A stretch of 64,000 nt of DNA from UHGV virus genome UHGV-1352853; one strand, written 5' to 3'. Both the position numbers and the translations under genes were made by a program. The stretch comes from a virus. Of this stretch, positions 1 through 9,089 are shown one piece after another (position 1 is the first letter of the stretch; every line of letters starts with the position of its first letter). The notes under the pieces are model-generated. The model was not told the DNA's origin, ran no database searches, and was given only the letters and a program-made list of their open reading frames with translations.

Positions 1-945
1 GGATGCGACAGGGCAATATAAACAACGTTTAACCTGCCCCTCCACGACCTTGATAGCACCCTTGCCACCTTTTTCAGCCACGAAGATACGAGCAGATGCC
101 ATATCATCAAAGTTTTTGGTACTTCTGGCTCCAGGTACATCTACCTTAGAAGCATCTGAGAAGTATTTGAACTGTGGCTCTGTTCGCCACAACTCCTCGT
201 CAGTACATTCAGGGATTTCCTCCTCAGGAGCATCCCAGTACTTTTCAATGAGGTGAATCTTCTCTTCTACCCAACGTTCAGTCTTCTCGACAGATAGCAA
301 CGGAATGTCCTTATGCATAATACGATTAGCAGGATAATTCGGATTGCTATTAGCCATGTGTTTCATGAAGTCGGTGAAGATGTAGTTAATACGAATTACA
401 TCCTCAGTAATGATGTCGTTGTGAATCCAACGGTACAAGCTGCCTTGCATCTTGTGTTCATCATCACGGGAACCAGCAACCCAGGAATAGGTTGAGGTAG
501 ATTTGAAGTCTTGCAACAGACCTTCTGTTACGATGTCGAACTTACCACCGATAGTCCAACCCTTAACTACCCTGGTTCCACGTTGTTCAATGTAGATTGG
601 GATAAGGTCAGGGTTAGCATCAAAGTCTGCCTTGGTTGGGTTAATGACTACTGCATCAATTACTCGTTGAGGATAACCCAACTTCTTCAATGCAGTCTTA
701 TGACCTAGCTTCCAGGCTTTCTCGATAGAGTCATGTAAGCCAGTACCCATTGATGTGGAGACGAAATCCATAACATCAATAGACTGGTCACTGAAATCTA
801 CACGATGTTTCATGACAATTTGCTTAAGAGGTTTAAGCAATGTAGTAGCAGACAGATACTTAGGATTGTCTACATAATCATACTCGTCATGCAATAGCCA
901 TACAGCCAGAGCCAGTGAGACATCGTGGTTGTTGGTTATCTTCAT
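1..945 (-). CDS. Partial CDS (5' end at 945, runs off the window). Possible PD-(D/E)XK-type nuclease, Cys-rich C-terminus.
   Basis: Open frame on the minus strand from ATG 945-943 to the window edge (MKITNNHDVSLALAVWLLHDEYDY...). Motifs FDIV...DFK match nuclease motifs II/III. C-terminal CLYCP. ATGA overlap with the upstream stop. Confidence 0.45.
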   Translation of the reverse strand, partial: MKITNNHDVSLALAVWLLHDEYDYVDNPKYLSATTLLKPLKQIVMKHRVDFSDQSIDVMDFVSTSMGTGLHDSIEKAWKLGHKTALKKLGYPQRVIDAVVINPTKADFDANPDLIPIYIEQRGTRVVKGWTIGGKFDIVTEGLLQDFKSTSTYSWVAGSRDDEHKMQGSLYRWIHNDIITEDVIRINYIFTDFMKHMANSNPNYPANRIMHKDIPLLSVEKTERWVEEKIHLIEKYWDAPEEEIPECTDEELWRTEPQFKYFSDASKVDVPGARSTKNFDDMASARIFVAEKGGKGAIKVVEGQVKRCLYCPVAS

Positions 946-1421
946 TAGTAGGTAATCCTATAACGATAAATATTTTCCCAATTAATGGACTCGAAAAGGA
1001 ATCCCCCAGGAAAGCATGTATATGTTTTGCAATGGTCCTTATACTCGTACTCAAACTTCACCCATTTACGAGTGAAAAATGGTTTTACATTACTGTAAAC
1101 CCAGTCGGTACAAGTCTCTTCCTCCTTAGCTACTTCACCACTTTCCTTAGAATCAAGGAAAGCTTTAGCAAGTAGGCGATTAGTGTAATGAACCAGCTTC
1201 TCACAATCATATAAAGTAGAATTACCAGGTTTACCATTACCCATACGGGCAGCAGCATTTCGCCATAGAGCTTTAAAGGCACAACCTTCATCGAAGGTCA
1301 TGCCCAGTGCTTGAATAATATCCTCACACTCTGCTTGATATGGCTTTTGCTCTTTCCGTTGAGGGTGCTTAACTGGCACTACATACCAGTTATTCAATCC
1401 ACCGGAGAGCTTAGTCATCAT
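945..1421 (-). CDS. hypothetical protein (158 aa)
   Basis: ORF in an operon-like tandem with its neighbours; stop/start overlap with the flanking genes. Confidence 0.5.
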   Translation of the reverse strand: MMTKLSGGLNNWYVVPVKHPQRKEQKPYQAECEDIIQALGMTFDEGCAFKALWRNAAARMGNGKPGNSTLYDCEKLVHYTNRLLAKAFLDSKESGEVAKEEETCTDWVYSNVKPFFTRKWVKFEYEYKDHCKTYTCFPGGFLFESINWENIYRYRITY

Positions 1422-1723
1422 TCCCCCTTGGGAACCATGTTTGCTTGGAACTCCGGTTCAGACATCAGGCCCAGGTTGTTAATAGACAGATAAACAATGT
1501 CTTTCAAGTCAACCGAGGTGTCGAAACGCTGGTCCAGACTAATCTTCAGAGAGTGATTGGCACGAGCCAAATCTTTATAGGTCACATGAGGTTCGTCAGT
1601 GAGCAACATTGTATTCATAGTAAGCAGGGAACCATCATCCACTTTAGGAAGCTGGAAGATTACCTGTGCTGCTATCATCCAATGATATTTTCTGACGACG
1701 GTTTCTTTAGTACTTTTAGTCAT
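1418..1723 (-). CDS. hypothetical protein (101 aa)
   Basis: ORF whose ends overlap the flanking genes by 4 nt. Confidence 0.45.
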   Translation of the reverse strand: MTKSTKETVVRKYHWMIAAQVIFQLPKVDDGSLLTMNTMLLTDEPHVTYKDLARANHSLKISLDQRFDTSVDLKDIVYLSINNLGLMSEPEFQANMVPKGE

Positions 1724-4299
1724 GCGAATGCCTTTTGAATTGTTTGATGAACTTCTTCTGGGGTAGCGTGATTTGGAATTTCAATCTCGTTAGCCCACGT
1801 TGGGTAGAACAAGGATAGTTCCCCACCCAAACCAACTTCTGGGTGAGCAATATCAGGGTGGTCTTGCCAGTTAACAGCCTCAACCAAGTGCTTGTTCGTG
1901 TACTGCAAGGTATCCATGTTGTCACGAATCATGAAGTATTGGGCATCATGAATGTGAATACAAGGACGTATATCTAACCTGAACTCACTGGTTCTGACTT
2001 TACGCATAAACTCTGAGCCAGCACGGTTATTCAGTAGACACCAGCTTTGGCCCAATGCATTACCAGCAGTCCTGCCTTCTGCTTCTGCTTCATATGGAGT
2101 CTTGCATGTCCCACGTAAAACCTGAGCCAGTAAAGGAGTACGGACTCTCAAACCAAATGCAGCAGTTACATAACCAGTTTTAGCAGCTTCGTCTAGCTTA
2201 GCCTGAACCCAGGCATCACTAACTACATAGAGGTCGTGATAACGTTTCTCTGTGAGTTTTGCTTTCTCTTCAGAGAAGCCACAGTTTTTCATTAAGCCCA
2301 TATACGTACCACCATAGGTAAGCAGGAAGGTTGGAGCCTTCGAGTCACTACGTAGTGATTTGTACTTATGCTGAATGGAGTTAATAGATTCTACCGTGTC
2401 TTCTATGTCTGGCATTTGCTCGCCAAAGTAAGCATACGCACGAAGACTATGACCATCATAACCATCGGTATATACCTTAAGCTTCTGTGGGTCTTTGGTA
2501 GTCAGTGCAGAAATTCTGTCTTCCAGCGAGGCGAAGTCCAAACCGCAAAATGCCCAGCCCGGTGGAGCTTCGAAGCATTTCTTAATCTTCTTGGCATATT
2601 TAGAACCGGATGGAATTGTTTGTAGATTAGGCTCTGAAGCCGATAACCTACCGGAGACTGTGCCACCAAGATTGAGGTTACCGAACAGGTAATGCCAGCC
2701 ATCCGGTCCCGGTTGGGCATTCCTGAAAGCTGGTATAAAGCTAGTGATAATCTTATCCACGAGCTTATAGTCGATAAGTGCATTAAGCAGTTCCTTAACG
2801 TCTTCACTTTGCGTATGCGTACGCAGTGCTTTAATAGTGTCACCGTCAGTAGCAGGTTGCTTGCTCTTAGTAAGCCCAAGAACCGGTAAGCCTATATAAT
2901 CAAATAACAATTTCTGTAGTTGTGGACCAGAGTTAGGATTAAACTCTATGTCACAATCAGCCAGGGTTACCTGCTTCTTTTTAAGCTTAGCATTCTTATC
3001 GTCTACCCATTCCTGACGAAGCATCAGGGTGAAATTCTTCATGAGCTTGGACTCACGAATAGTTTTCAGTGCCTGGTTCCTGTCAGTTTCCATTTCCTCA
3101 GCTACTTGGTTAACGGTATCCATATTCATAGGCATACCGGTTAACTGCATCTGGATGATGTCTTCGCAAGCTGGCTTAAAGATGTTGTTATAAACATCTA
3201 GTTGGTCATCAGCAATGAGAGTATCCCAGTGCTTCTCGTAGGTGTACCAGGTACACAAACCGTCAATGAGGTTATAACGTAATAGCTGCTCATTAGGAAT
3301 AAGACGAATGTCTTTAATATCATCCTGAGCATAGTTACCAGCATACTCCTGAGCCTGGTCTTTCAGACTAAGGTGATTACCAGCACAGCTGTTAGTAGCC
3401 AGATAAGTGATTAACTTAGTACAGTCCCAGTTACGTAGCATGATTTCCATGCCATGCAGTAAGCCTTCTGTATCAATCAGGTTATCCATGAATAACTGAT
3501 AGATAAGCACATAAACGTCATAGCTAATGTTGTGATACATCTGCCGTTGAGTGTACTTAATGAAGAACTCACGCAGAAGATTTCGAACAATATCATTTCT
3601 GTTGATACGCCCGTATGGTGCTTCTGTAGCTCCAGGAATCGGCTCGTAGTCCACATTAAAGGCTATGCCTTGTGTCTTACTCCAACAGAACGTAATTGTT
3701 CCTATACCTGCGTTATAGTGCTTTAAACCAAATGATTCGATGTCTATAGCTAAAGGCTTATTCATCTCAAGCAACTGGTCTAGCCAAGCTTTAATCTTCT
3801 CTGGAGTATCTGGGTAGGCTTCAAACTCAATGATTCCCTGACCTGGTTCAGCATACTGTCCACGTATATGGTTAATTAATGCATCCATACCTTGAGCAAT
3901 CTTGGATTTCACTACAGGTGGGTCATAAAAGACCTGTCTGTAACTAGGCGTATAGATAACCTTCTGTTTACCCCATACTGAATCACAAACGTAGCCTAGA
4001 TTAGCCTCTGCTTTAGCTTCTTTAGTCAGTATTTTGAAGTAGTCAGAATCGGTACAGATAATGTACTGAGTCTCTGCATCATCCAGTACTTGTTGCAGTT
4101 CCTGCTGTATGAACTCCTTAATCTCCCTTGCAGGTGTCTTCTTTTTGCCTGGGGCAGAATGAAGCTCAATGAAGATGAAATCTTCCATGCTTAGGTCATT
4201 AGGCAGCAGGTAGGTTTTAATCATCTCCTCCCTTCGGATTTGATGACCGAGGATAGCAATAGGATACTTACCCGTATCTTGAGAGGTGATGTAACGCAT
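1720..4299 (-). CDS. DNA polymerase, family A (Pol I-like), 859 aa
   Basis: Motif A-like DFASLEDRI, motif B-like RSDSKAPTFLLTYGG (K...F...YG), motif C-like IHIHDAQ. Size and position match the N4-like replicative polymerase. Confidence 0.9.
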   Translation of the reverse strand: MRYITSQDTGKYPIAILGHQIRREEMIKTYLLPNDLSMEDFIFIELHSAPGKKKTPAREIKEFIQQELQQVLDDAETQYIICTDSDYFKILTKEAKAEANLGYVCDSVWGKQKVIYTPSYRQVFYDPPVVKSKIAQGMDALINHIRGQYAEPGQGIIEFEAYPDTPEKIKAWLDQLLEMNKPLAIDIESFGLKHYNAGIGTITFCWSKTQGIAFNVDYEPIPGATEAPYGRINRNDIVRNLLREFFIKYTQRQMYHNISYDVYVLIYQLFMDNLIDTEGLLHGMEIMLRNWDCTKLITYLATNSCAGNHLSLKDQAQEYAGNYAQDDIKDIRLIPNEQLLRYNLIDGLCTWYTYEKHWDTLIADDQLDVYNNIFKPACEDIIQMQLTGMPMNMDTVNQVAEEMETDRNQALKTIRESKLMKNFTLMLRQEWVDDKNAKLKKKQVTLADCDIEFNPNSGPQLQKLLFDYIGLPVLGLTKSKQPATDGDTIKALRTHTQSEDVKELLNALIDYKLVDKIITSFIPAFRNAQPGPDGWHYLFGNLNLGGTVSGRLSASEPNLQTIPSGSKYAKKIKKCFEAPPGWAFCGLDFASLEDRISALTTKDPQKLKVYTDGYDGHSLRAYAYFGEQMPDIEDTVESINSIQHKYKSLRSDSKAPTFLLTYGGTYMGLMKNCGFSEEKAKLTEKRYHDLYVVSDAWVQAKLDEAAKTGYVTAAFGLRVRTPLLAQVLRGTCKTPYEAEAEGRTAGNALGQSWCLLNNRAGSEFMRKVRTSEFRLDIRPCIHIHDAQYFMIRDNMDTLQYTNKHLVEAVNWQDHPDIAHPEVGLGGELSLFYPTWANEIEIPNHATPEEVHQTIQKAFA

Positions 4300-4308
4300 A
4301 GCTTTACC

Positions 4309-4839
4309 TTAGAAAATCAGATGGGAAGCTGCATAGTACTCAATAGAGGGAAGAATCTTCTCATACTGTTTTATTGCCATAGGATCACCAGCAAGTGTCC
4401 AGGCTGCTTCACGAGTACGTGGTAGTTCCTTGTACTTACCAGTCTGGTCCTGGGCTACCAGACATTCAGGTAAAGCATCACGTACATCCTGATAGGACAT
4501 ACAACCTCGAACCAGGCGATATACAGTCTGGTTCACAAGGTGTACTTCCATAATCAGACGACTGGAGGCTTTCAGATACTTGTCCATTGCAGGCCATAGT
4601 TCTGGATTAAGTGTTAATCGTTCACCGTAGGTTGGAGGTCTGGAAGCATTAGAACGCTGATAGAACTCTCCCTGATAAAGGAATCCAGCCGATACATCAA
4701 TACCATTGATACGGTCGTTCTTATCAATGATACCGTTTAACACATTATCAAGACGAACCAGTTCTGCTAAGAACAGGTGTTTGACTATCTCACTGCTATT
4801 GGCAACTTGACCAATAGTCGCTGAACCAATCTGAGGCAT
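4309..4839 (-). CDS. hypothetical protein (176 aa)
   Basis: ORF between the helicase and the polymerase, tightly packed. Confidence 0.5.
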   Translation of the reverse strand: MPQIGSATIGQVANSSEIVKHLFLAELVRLDNVLNGIIDKNDRINGIDVSAGFLYQGEFYQRSNASRPPTYGERLTLNPELWPAMDKYLKASSRLIMEVHLVNQTVYRLVRGCMSYQDVRDALPECLVAQDQTGKYKELPRTREAAWTLAGDPMAIKQYEKILPSIEYYAASHLIF

Positions 4840-4849
4840 ATATCCTCCC

Positions 4850-6160
4850 TTAGAAAGTTAGACCACCATACTTACTGGCAAGATTGCCATAGAACACTAC
4901 ACGCTTACGGGCACGAGATACAGCGACGTAAAGCAGACGGGCAACCATATCAGGTTGGCGACAGCTTGAGAGGTCATCTGCATCAATGAAGATTGTGTCG
5001 TAAGTAGAGCCTTGTGATTTATGGACAGTACATGCATGAGTAGCACGCAGGTCTGGAATGGTTTCTTTAAGACGGAAGTAAGGTTCCCAGTTCTTCTCTT
5101 TACCAAGCCACTTAACCAAACGGTTGAAGTATTCCGGGTCAGTAGGTACTGGAACTTCACTCACGATACCACCATAACCAAGGTCAAGAGTACTATCACG
5201 AACTTCCAGTTCCAGGTCACCTGTAACCTTAATCATGCGAGTACTACTATCCTGGTCAATGAGTTTTACGTCCTGCTCAATAGACAGACGATCTTCCACA
5301 CCTAAGCGAACAGCAGAGTTAGAGACTAGCTGTTCACCGATGGAGTATTCGCCCACATAGCCATTGGCTTCACGAATGTAGTTATTGTAATTAATAACCT
5401 GGTCATTTGTATAAGCAACAATACGGCTGTTGGTAGGTTGAGTGAAGTGACTGAGAACCAGTTTCTCCATCTCTTCTCCCTGTACCCAGTCAATGATGCC
5501 CGGAATACATTTAATAGGCAGGAAGCCTGTCTTACCCTCCACCGTATCACGCAATTGCTGGTGCAATGCTTTGAGTTCTGGTGCATCGGTACGCATCTGT
5601 TCAGTCAGATAGTGTGTTGGGATATTACCTGCATACACTGGAGACTTATTCTCTTTAACAGGCAGAAGCTGAGAAGCATCACCTACGAATACCAGTTTGC
5701 ACTGGTGAGTACCTTCACGAGCATACTTAAGTAACTGACGGTCAATCATGGATGCTTCATCTACGAAGATGATTTTGTTCTTCTTAATATTGAATGATTT
5801 AGACGGTACTACATTAGCCTCACCAGTCTTAAAGTCATTCTTAACAATCAATCCCTGGAAGGAATGATAGGTAGATGTTGGGCGTCCAGTAGCCTGAGCC
5901 AGAACTTCAGCAGCTTTGTTCGTGGTCGCAGTCATAACAACTTCATTATATAGAGGCTTGGTTCCCATGAGAGAACAAGTTTCCATATATGCAGGCATAG
6001 TGTCATCAATGAGGTGCGACATCAGGAATGTCTTGCCAGTTCCCCCAGGTCCACTAATATTGAATTCTGAGGCATTAGGGTCGAGCAGGAAGTCGAAGAA
6101 CTCCTTCGCAACCGCTTCTTGCCCCTTGTTCAGTGGGGCTTTGGTAGGTTTGGAAAACAT
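4850..6160 (-). CDS. SF1 DNA helicase (Dda/RecD-like), 436 aa
   Basis: Walker A GPGGTGKTF, Walker B FVDEASMI. Conserved C-terminal helicase motifs (TVHKSQGST...VAVSRAR). Confidence 0.85.
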   Translation of the reverse strand: MFSKPTKAPLNKGQEAVAKEFFDFLLDPNASEFNISGPGGTGKTFLMSHLIDDTMPAYMETCSLMGTKPLYNEVVMTATTNKAAEVLAQATGRPTSTYHSFQGLIVKNDFKTGEANVVPSKSFNIKKNKIIFVDEASMIDRQLLKYAREGTHQCKLVFVGDASQLLPVKENKSPVYAGNIPTHYLTEQMRTDAPELKALHQQLRDTVEGKTGFLPIKCIPGIIDWVQGEEMEKLVLSHFTQPTNSRIVAYTNDQVINYNNYIREANGYVGEYSIGEQLVSNSAVRLGVEDRLSIEQDVKLIDQDSSTRMIKVTGDLELEVRDSTLDLGYGGIVSEVPVPTDPEYFNRLVKWLGKEKNWEPYFRLKETIPDLRATHACTVHKSQGSTYDTIFIDADDLSSCRQPDMVARLLYVAVSRARKRVVFYGNLASKYGGLTF

Positions 6161-6173
6161 TAAAATCTCCAGT

Positions 6174-6196
6174 AAAAAACCCTCCGTAGAGGGTTA
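6174..6196 (-). terminator. rho-independent terminator (minus strand)
   Basis: Stem aaccctc/gagggtt with loop cgta, followed on the minus strand by a U-run (plus-strand A-run 6174-6179). Sits directly after the stop of 6194..6661. Confidence 0.5.
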
Positions 6197-6661
6197 GATG
6201 TAAGGGGTTAAATCCGGGGGAGTGTAGTCTTTCCCCTTCATGACTTTCTTGTTCTCATTGAAGACTGGTTCCCCATCTTCAAACTTAGAATAGTTAGAGC
6301 GATTAACCTCAGCTAATGCCCCAGGGACATTCATCCCAAGGAAAGTACCAACGCCAGTTGCTGTAACAATCTGGTCTGCCAGTGAATCTAGCAAAGCTAA
6401 GCGATTGCCCTTCGCTGGGAAGATAGCCATGTGGTTTGCTTTCATCAGCAGTGATAATTTACCTAAAGCAGCTTGTGCATCGGCTAACACTTGCATACTA
6501 TCCTCACAGGATGGGGTCAATTCATCTAACATTTCACATACTTCTTCCAGATGACAACCAATCTGGGTACTAATGTTCTTACTTGTCGGATTCGGTACGG
6601 CTTTTAGAAACCATTGCCGTGTGTTTTCCAGCGTACAAACGGATGAACTTTTCATGTTCAC
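6194..6661 (-). CDS. MazG/HisE-like nucleotide pyrophosphohydrolase (putative)
   Basis: The acidic helix HLEEVCEMLDEL resembles the EExxE/D metal-binding motif of the MazG family. The true start may be internal, because the ORF overlaps the upstream ORF by 83 nt. Confidence 0.35.
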   Translation of the reverse strand: MNMKSSSVCTLENTRQWFLKAVPNPTSKNISTQIGCHLEEVCEMLDELTPSCEDSMQVLADAQAALGKLSLLMKANHMAIFPAKGNRLALLDSLADQIVTATGVGTFLGMNVPGALAEVNRSNYSKFEDGEPVFNENKKVMKGKDYTPPDLTPYI

Positions 6662-6974
6662 TCTCTTGGTTAAGGTGGCGATTATTATATGCCTCCAGAA
6701 TCAAGTCCCTTACGTATGAGCGAATCTCATAAGCAGGACCAACTTGCTCTGACAGCCAATCTGCCACATGGGTTGGTAATGGACGGAGTACATTCTCCAT
6801 GAACGTCCGACGTGTGTCGGCTGGTTCAATATTTAAAGAACGCAATCGCAAAGTAACTGTAGTGGGGTGAACCCCCAACGTCTTAGCGATAGTTGCGAGT
6901 GACAGACCAACAGCATTCATACGAATGATGTCTTCATCGGTTGCTTTGCGATTACTTCTGAATACTTTAGACAT
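6579..6974 (-). CDS. helix-turn-helix DNA-binding protein (131 aa)
   Basis: N-terminal HTH-like segment GLSLATIAKTLGVHPTTV. Confidence 0.5.
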   Translation of the reverse strand: MSKVFRSNRKATDEDIIRMNAVGLSLATIAKTLGVHPTTVTLRLRSLNIEPADTRRTFMENVLRPLPTHVADWLSEQVGPAYEIRSYVRDLILEAYNNRHLNQESEHEKFIRLYAGKHTAMVSKSRTESDK

Positions 6975-6994
6975 AGCTTATTTCCTCTTCAAAG

Positions 6995-7024
6995 ATAGCC
7001 TCACTTTATTATAAGTGAGGCTAT
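6995..7024. terminator. perfect 12 bp inverted repeat (atagcctcactt / aagtgaggctat, loop tattat); candidate terminator or regulatory hairpin
   Basis: Seen directly in the sequence, between the rIIB-like stop (7037) and the HTH gene start (6974). The minus-strand downstream flank is moderately U-rich. Confidence 0.45.
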
Positions 7025-7036
7025 TTGAACAGGCTA

Positions 7037-9085
7037 TTACTTAACTGCTTTAACTAGCTTGGTAGCCAATTTAGCTTCTTCTTCAGTCAGACCCATTGCA
7101 GTGAATGACTTCTTAGCATGACGCTTATAGTCTTGCAGAGCATGGCCCTTCTGATAGTCAGAATATGACATATCATTCAGAATGCTACGCAAGTTATCAG
7201 CATGTTTGCTGGATGGAGCTACTTTAGTGGCAGCAGCAGAACGGGTAGGTTTAACTGTCTTATCCTGCTTAACAGCTTTAGGTGCAGGAATACGAGTACT
7301 ACGAATAGTAGCAATTGCATCCACTACATCAGAACTAACTCCTAAAGCAGCCCATGGCTTACGCGCCTTGCCTCGCATTTCCACAAGCAAATCAGCAGCA
7401 GCTAATTTATCTTCTGGGGTTGTTGCATTAAGTAACTCTTTAACCAGTTCCTGGATTTGTTCTTTCACAGTAGGAGCCTTCTTAATAACGGGTTTAAGGT
7501 CAGTAGCTTTCACTGGTTCAGCAGCTACAGCTTCATTCAGCGACTCTTCCATATTCAATGCTTCTTTACTAGCAACTGTACGGAATTGTTCTACAGAACC
7601 AGATGTGAGAAGGGTGTATTTGAGGTTAGTACCACGATGTCCACCAACCATAATAAGTGTGGTAGGTGAACTATGGTTCCCAACGATGGCATCATTAAGC
7701 AGTTTCTTACCTACTTCTGTCTTAGACAGGTAGATACCATTGTTAACATTATTACGTTCCTCTTCCGGTAGCTCAGCAATAATATGATATGCAGATACAC
7801 GCATCTTATTAGTGCTGTACTGAGGAACAGCAAATACATCTTCTGGTGCTACTTTACCAAGGATAGTTACGTTACCACCGAAGCTACGAATGTAACTCAT
7901 GGATGCTACATGCAGACCATTAGAACAGTCCTGACGACGGTCAGGGTCTACCAGGTCTTCACGTACCTGCACTTTACAACCTACCCACTGACGAATGTTG
8001 CCTGAGTGACAGTCAACGAATACACGTTTACCATCTTCTTTATCTTTATACTGAAGACGTTTCAGGAACAGGATTGAACCATCATCAGCAATAGGCAGTT
8101 CAGCAGTTTCCATGAACTTCATCAGGTCTTCTACTGAGTGCAGACGGTCTTTAATTACTGGAGCCAGACGCTCAAGGAACTTAGTAAAACCCTTGTAATC
8201 TTTCAGCTGAGCAGACTGACGCAAGTGACGTTGCAGGTTTTCAACCCCAGGGATAACCCCATCGTTGGTAACAGCAACAACCACTTCATCTTCCCTCACA
8301 TCAGTGTGAAAGTTAGCATCATCAGTACTAATAGCACCCAATGCAGCTAACTTCTCGGAAGCAGCAGCCAGCTTATCCTGGTTCGTAGTTTTAGCTACTT
8401 CAATATAAGGCAGTGGTGTCTGTTCACGACTGGTAAATACAATGTGTACTCCTTTGATGTGCTTAGCTTGTTTAGCAAACTCACCCATCTCATCATCAGA
8501 TACTGCACGAATTGCAATAGGCCATTCTCGTGCAAGGGTACGATTGGTATGGTCATAACCGCAACGCAGTACGTCGTTAATAAAACGAACCAGTGCAGGA
8601 TGGTTATGATCTTTGTCCCAGCCAGTAACCCACATCAGGTTGTCACGTCTGTCGTAGAAACCGTCAGATACTGTTACTTCTGGTTCATTAGCTTGTACAG
8701 CCAGGAAGGTATCCATAGCTTTCGATACTAATGTATTAGTGGGGTTGCCCAGCTTAATATCAGAAATGATACGAGCAGGTGGAACACCTGTACCATCCTG
8801 GAAGAACTCTTTGAGTTTAGCTTTAGCTACCTTGAAGAAACGGACGAATCCATTAGTGTTCTTCTCTGCTTCCAGATACTCAGTACGTAGTGATACTTCT
8901 GGTGCAATGTTTACTTCTATCAGGTCTTTGGTAATTCCCAGACCTTTGGCTTGTGCTTCAGATACGATACGAGCAACCCGTGGGTCGCTCTGAGGATACA
9001 CAATTGTGGAGCCATCAGGCTTCCACAACGTTAGGTTTCGACTGTCAACTGCCAGTGCGATGATAGAAATCAGTTCGATTTTCAT
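7037..9085 (-). CDS. rIIB: rIIB-like protein (682 aa), assigned by position after the rIIA-like gene
   Basis: Large ORF immediately downstream (4 nt gap) of the rIIA-like gene. No diagnostic motif recognised. Confidence 0.35.
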   Translation of the reverse strand: MKIELISIIALAVDSRNLTLWKPDGSTIVYPQSDPRVARIVSEAQAKGLGITKDLIEVNIAPEVSLRTEYLEAEKNTNGFVRFFKVAKAKLKEFFQDGTGVPPARIISDIKLGNPTNTLVSKAMDTFLAVQANEPEVTVSDGFYDRRDNLMWVTGWDKDHNHPALVRFINDVLRCGYDHTNRTLAREWPIAIRAVSDDEMGEFAKQAKHIKGVHIVFTSREQTPLPYIEVAKTTNQDKLAAASEKLAALGAISTDDANFHTDVREDEVVVAVTNDGVIPGVENLQRHLRQSAQLKDYKGFTKFLERLAPVIKDRLHSVEDLMKFMETAELPIADDGSILFLKRLQYKDKEDGKRVFVDCHSGNIRQWVGCKVQVREDLVDPDRRQDCSNGLHVASMSYIRSFGGNVTILGKVAPEDVFAVPQYSTNKMRVSAYHIIAELPEEERNNVNNGIYLSKTEVGKKLLNDAIVGNHSSPTTLIMVGGHRGTNLKYTLLTSGSVEQFRTVASKEALNMEESLNEAVAAEPVKATDLKPVIKKAPTVKEQIQELVKELLNATTPEDKLAAADLLVEMRGKARKPWAALGVSSDVVDAIATIRSTRIPAPKAVKQDKTVKPTRSAAATKVAPSSKHADNLRSILNDMSYSDYQKGHALQDYKRHAKKSFTAMGLTEEEAKLATKLVKAVK

Positions 9086-9089
9086 CAGA

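Noticed and set aside
7182-7733. 183-aa plus-strand ORF inside the rIIB-like gene
   Set aside because: Antisense to a long, well-supported minus-strand gene. Ala/Ser/Leu-rich antisense signature.
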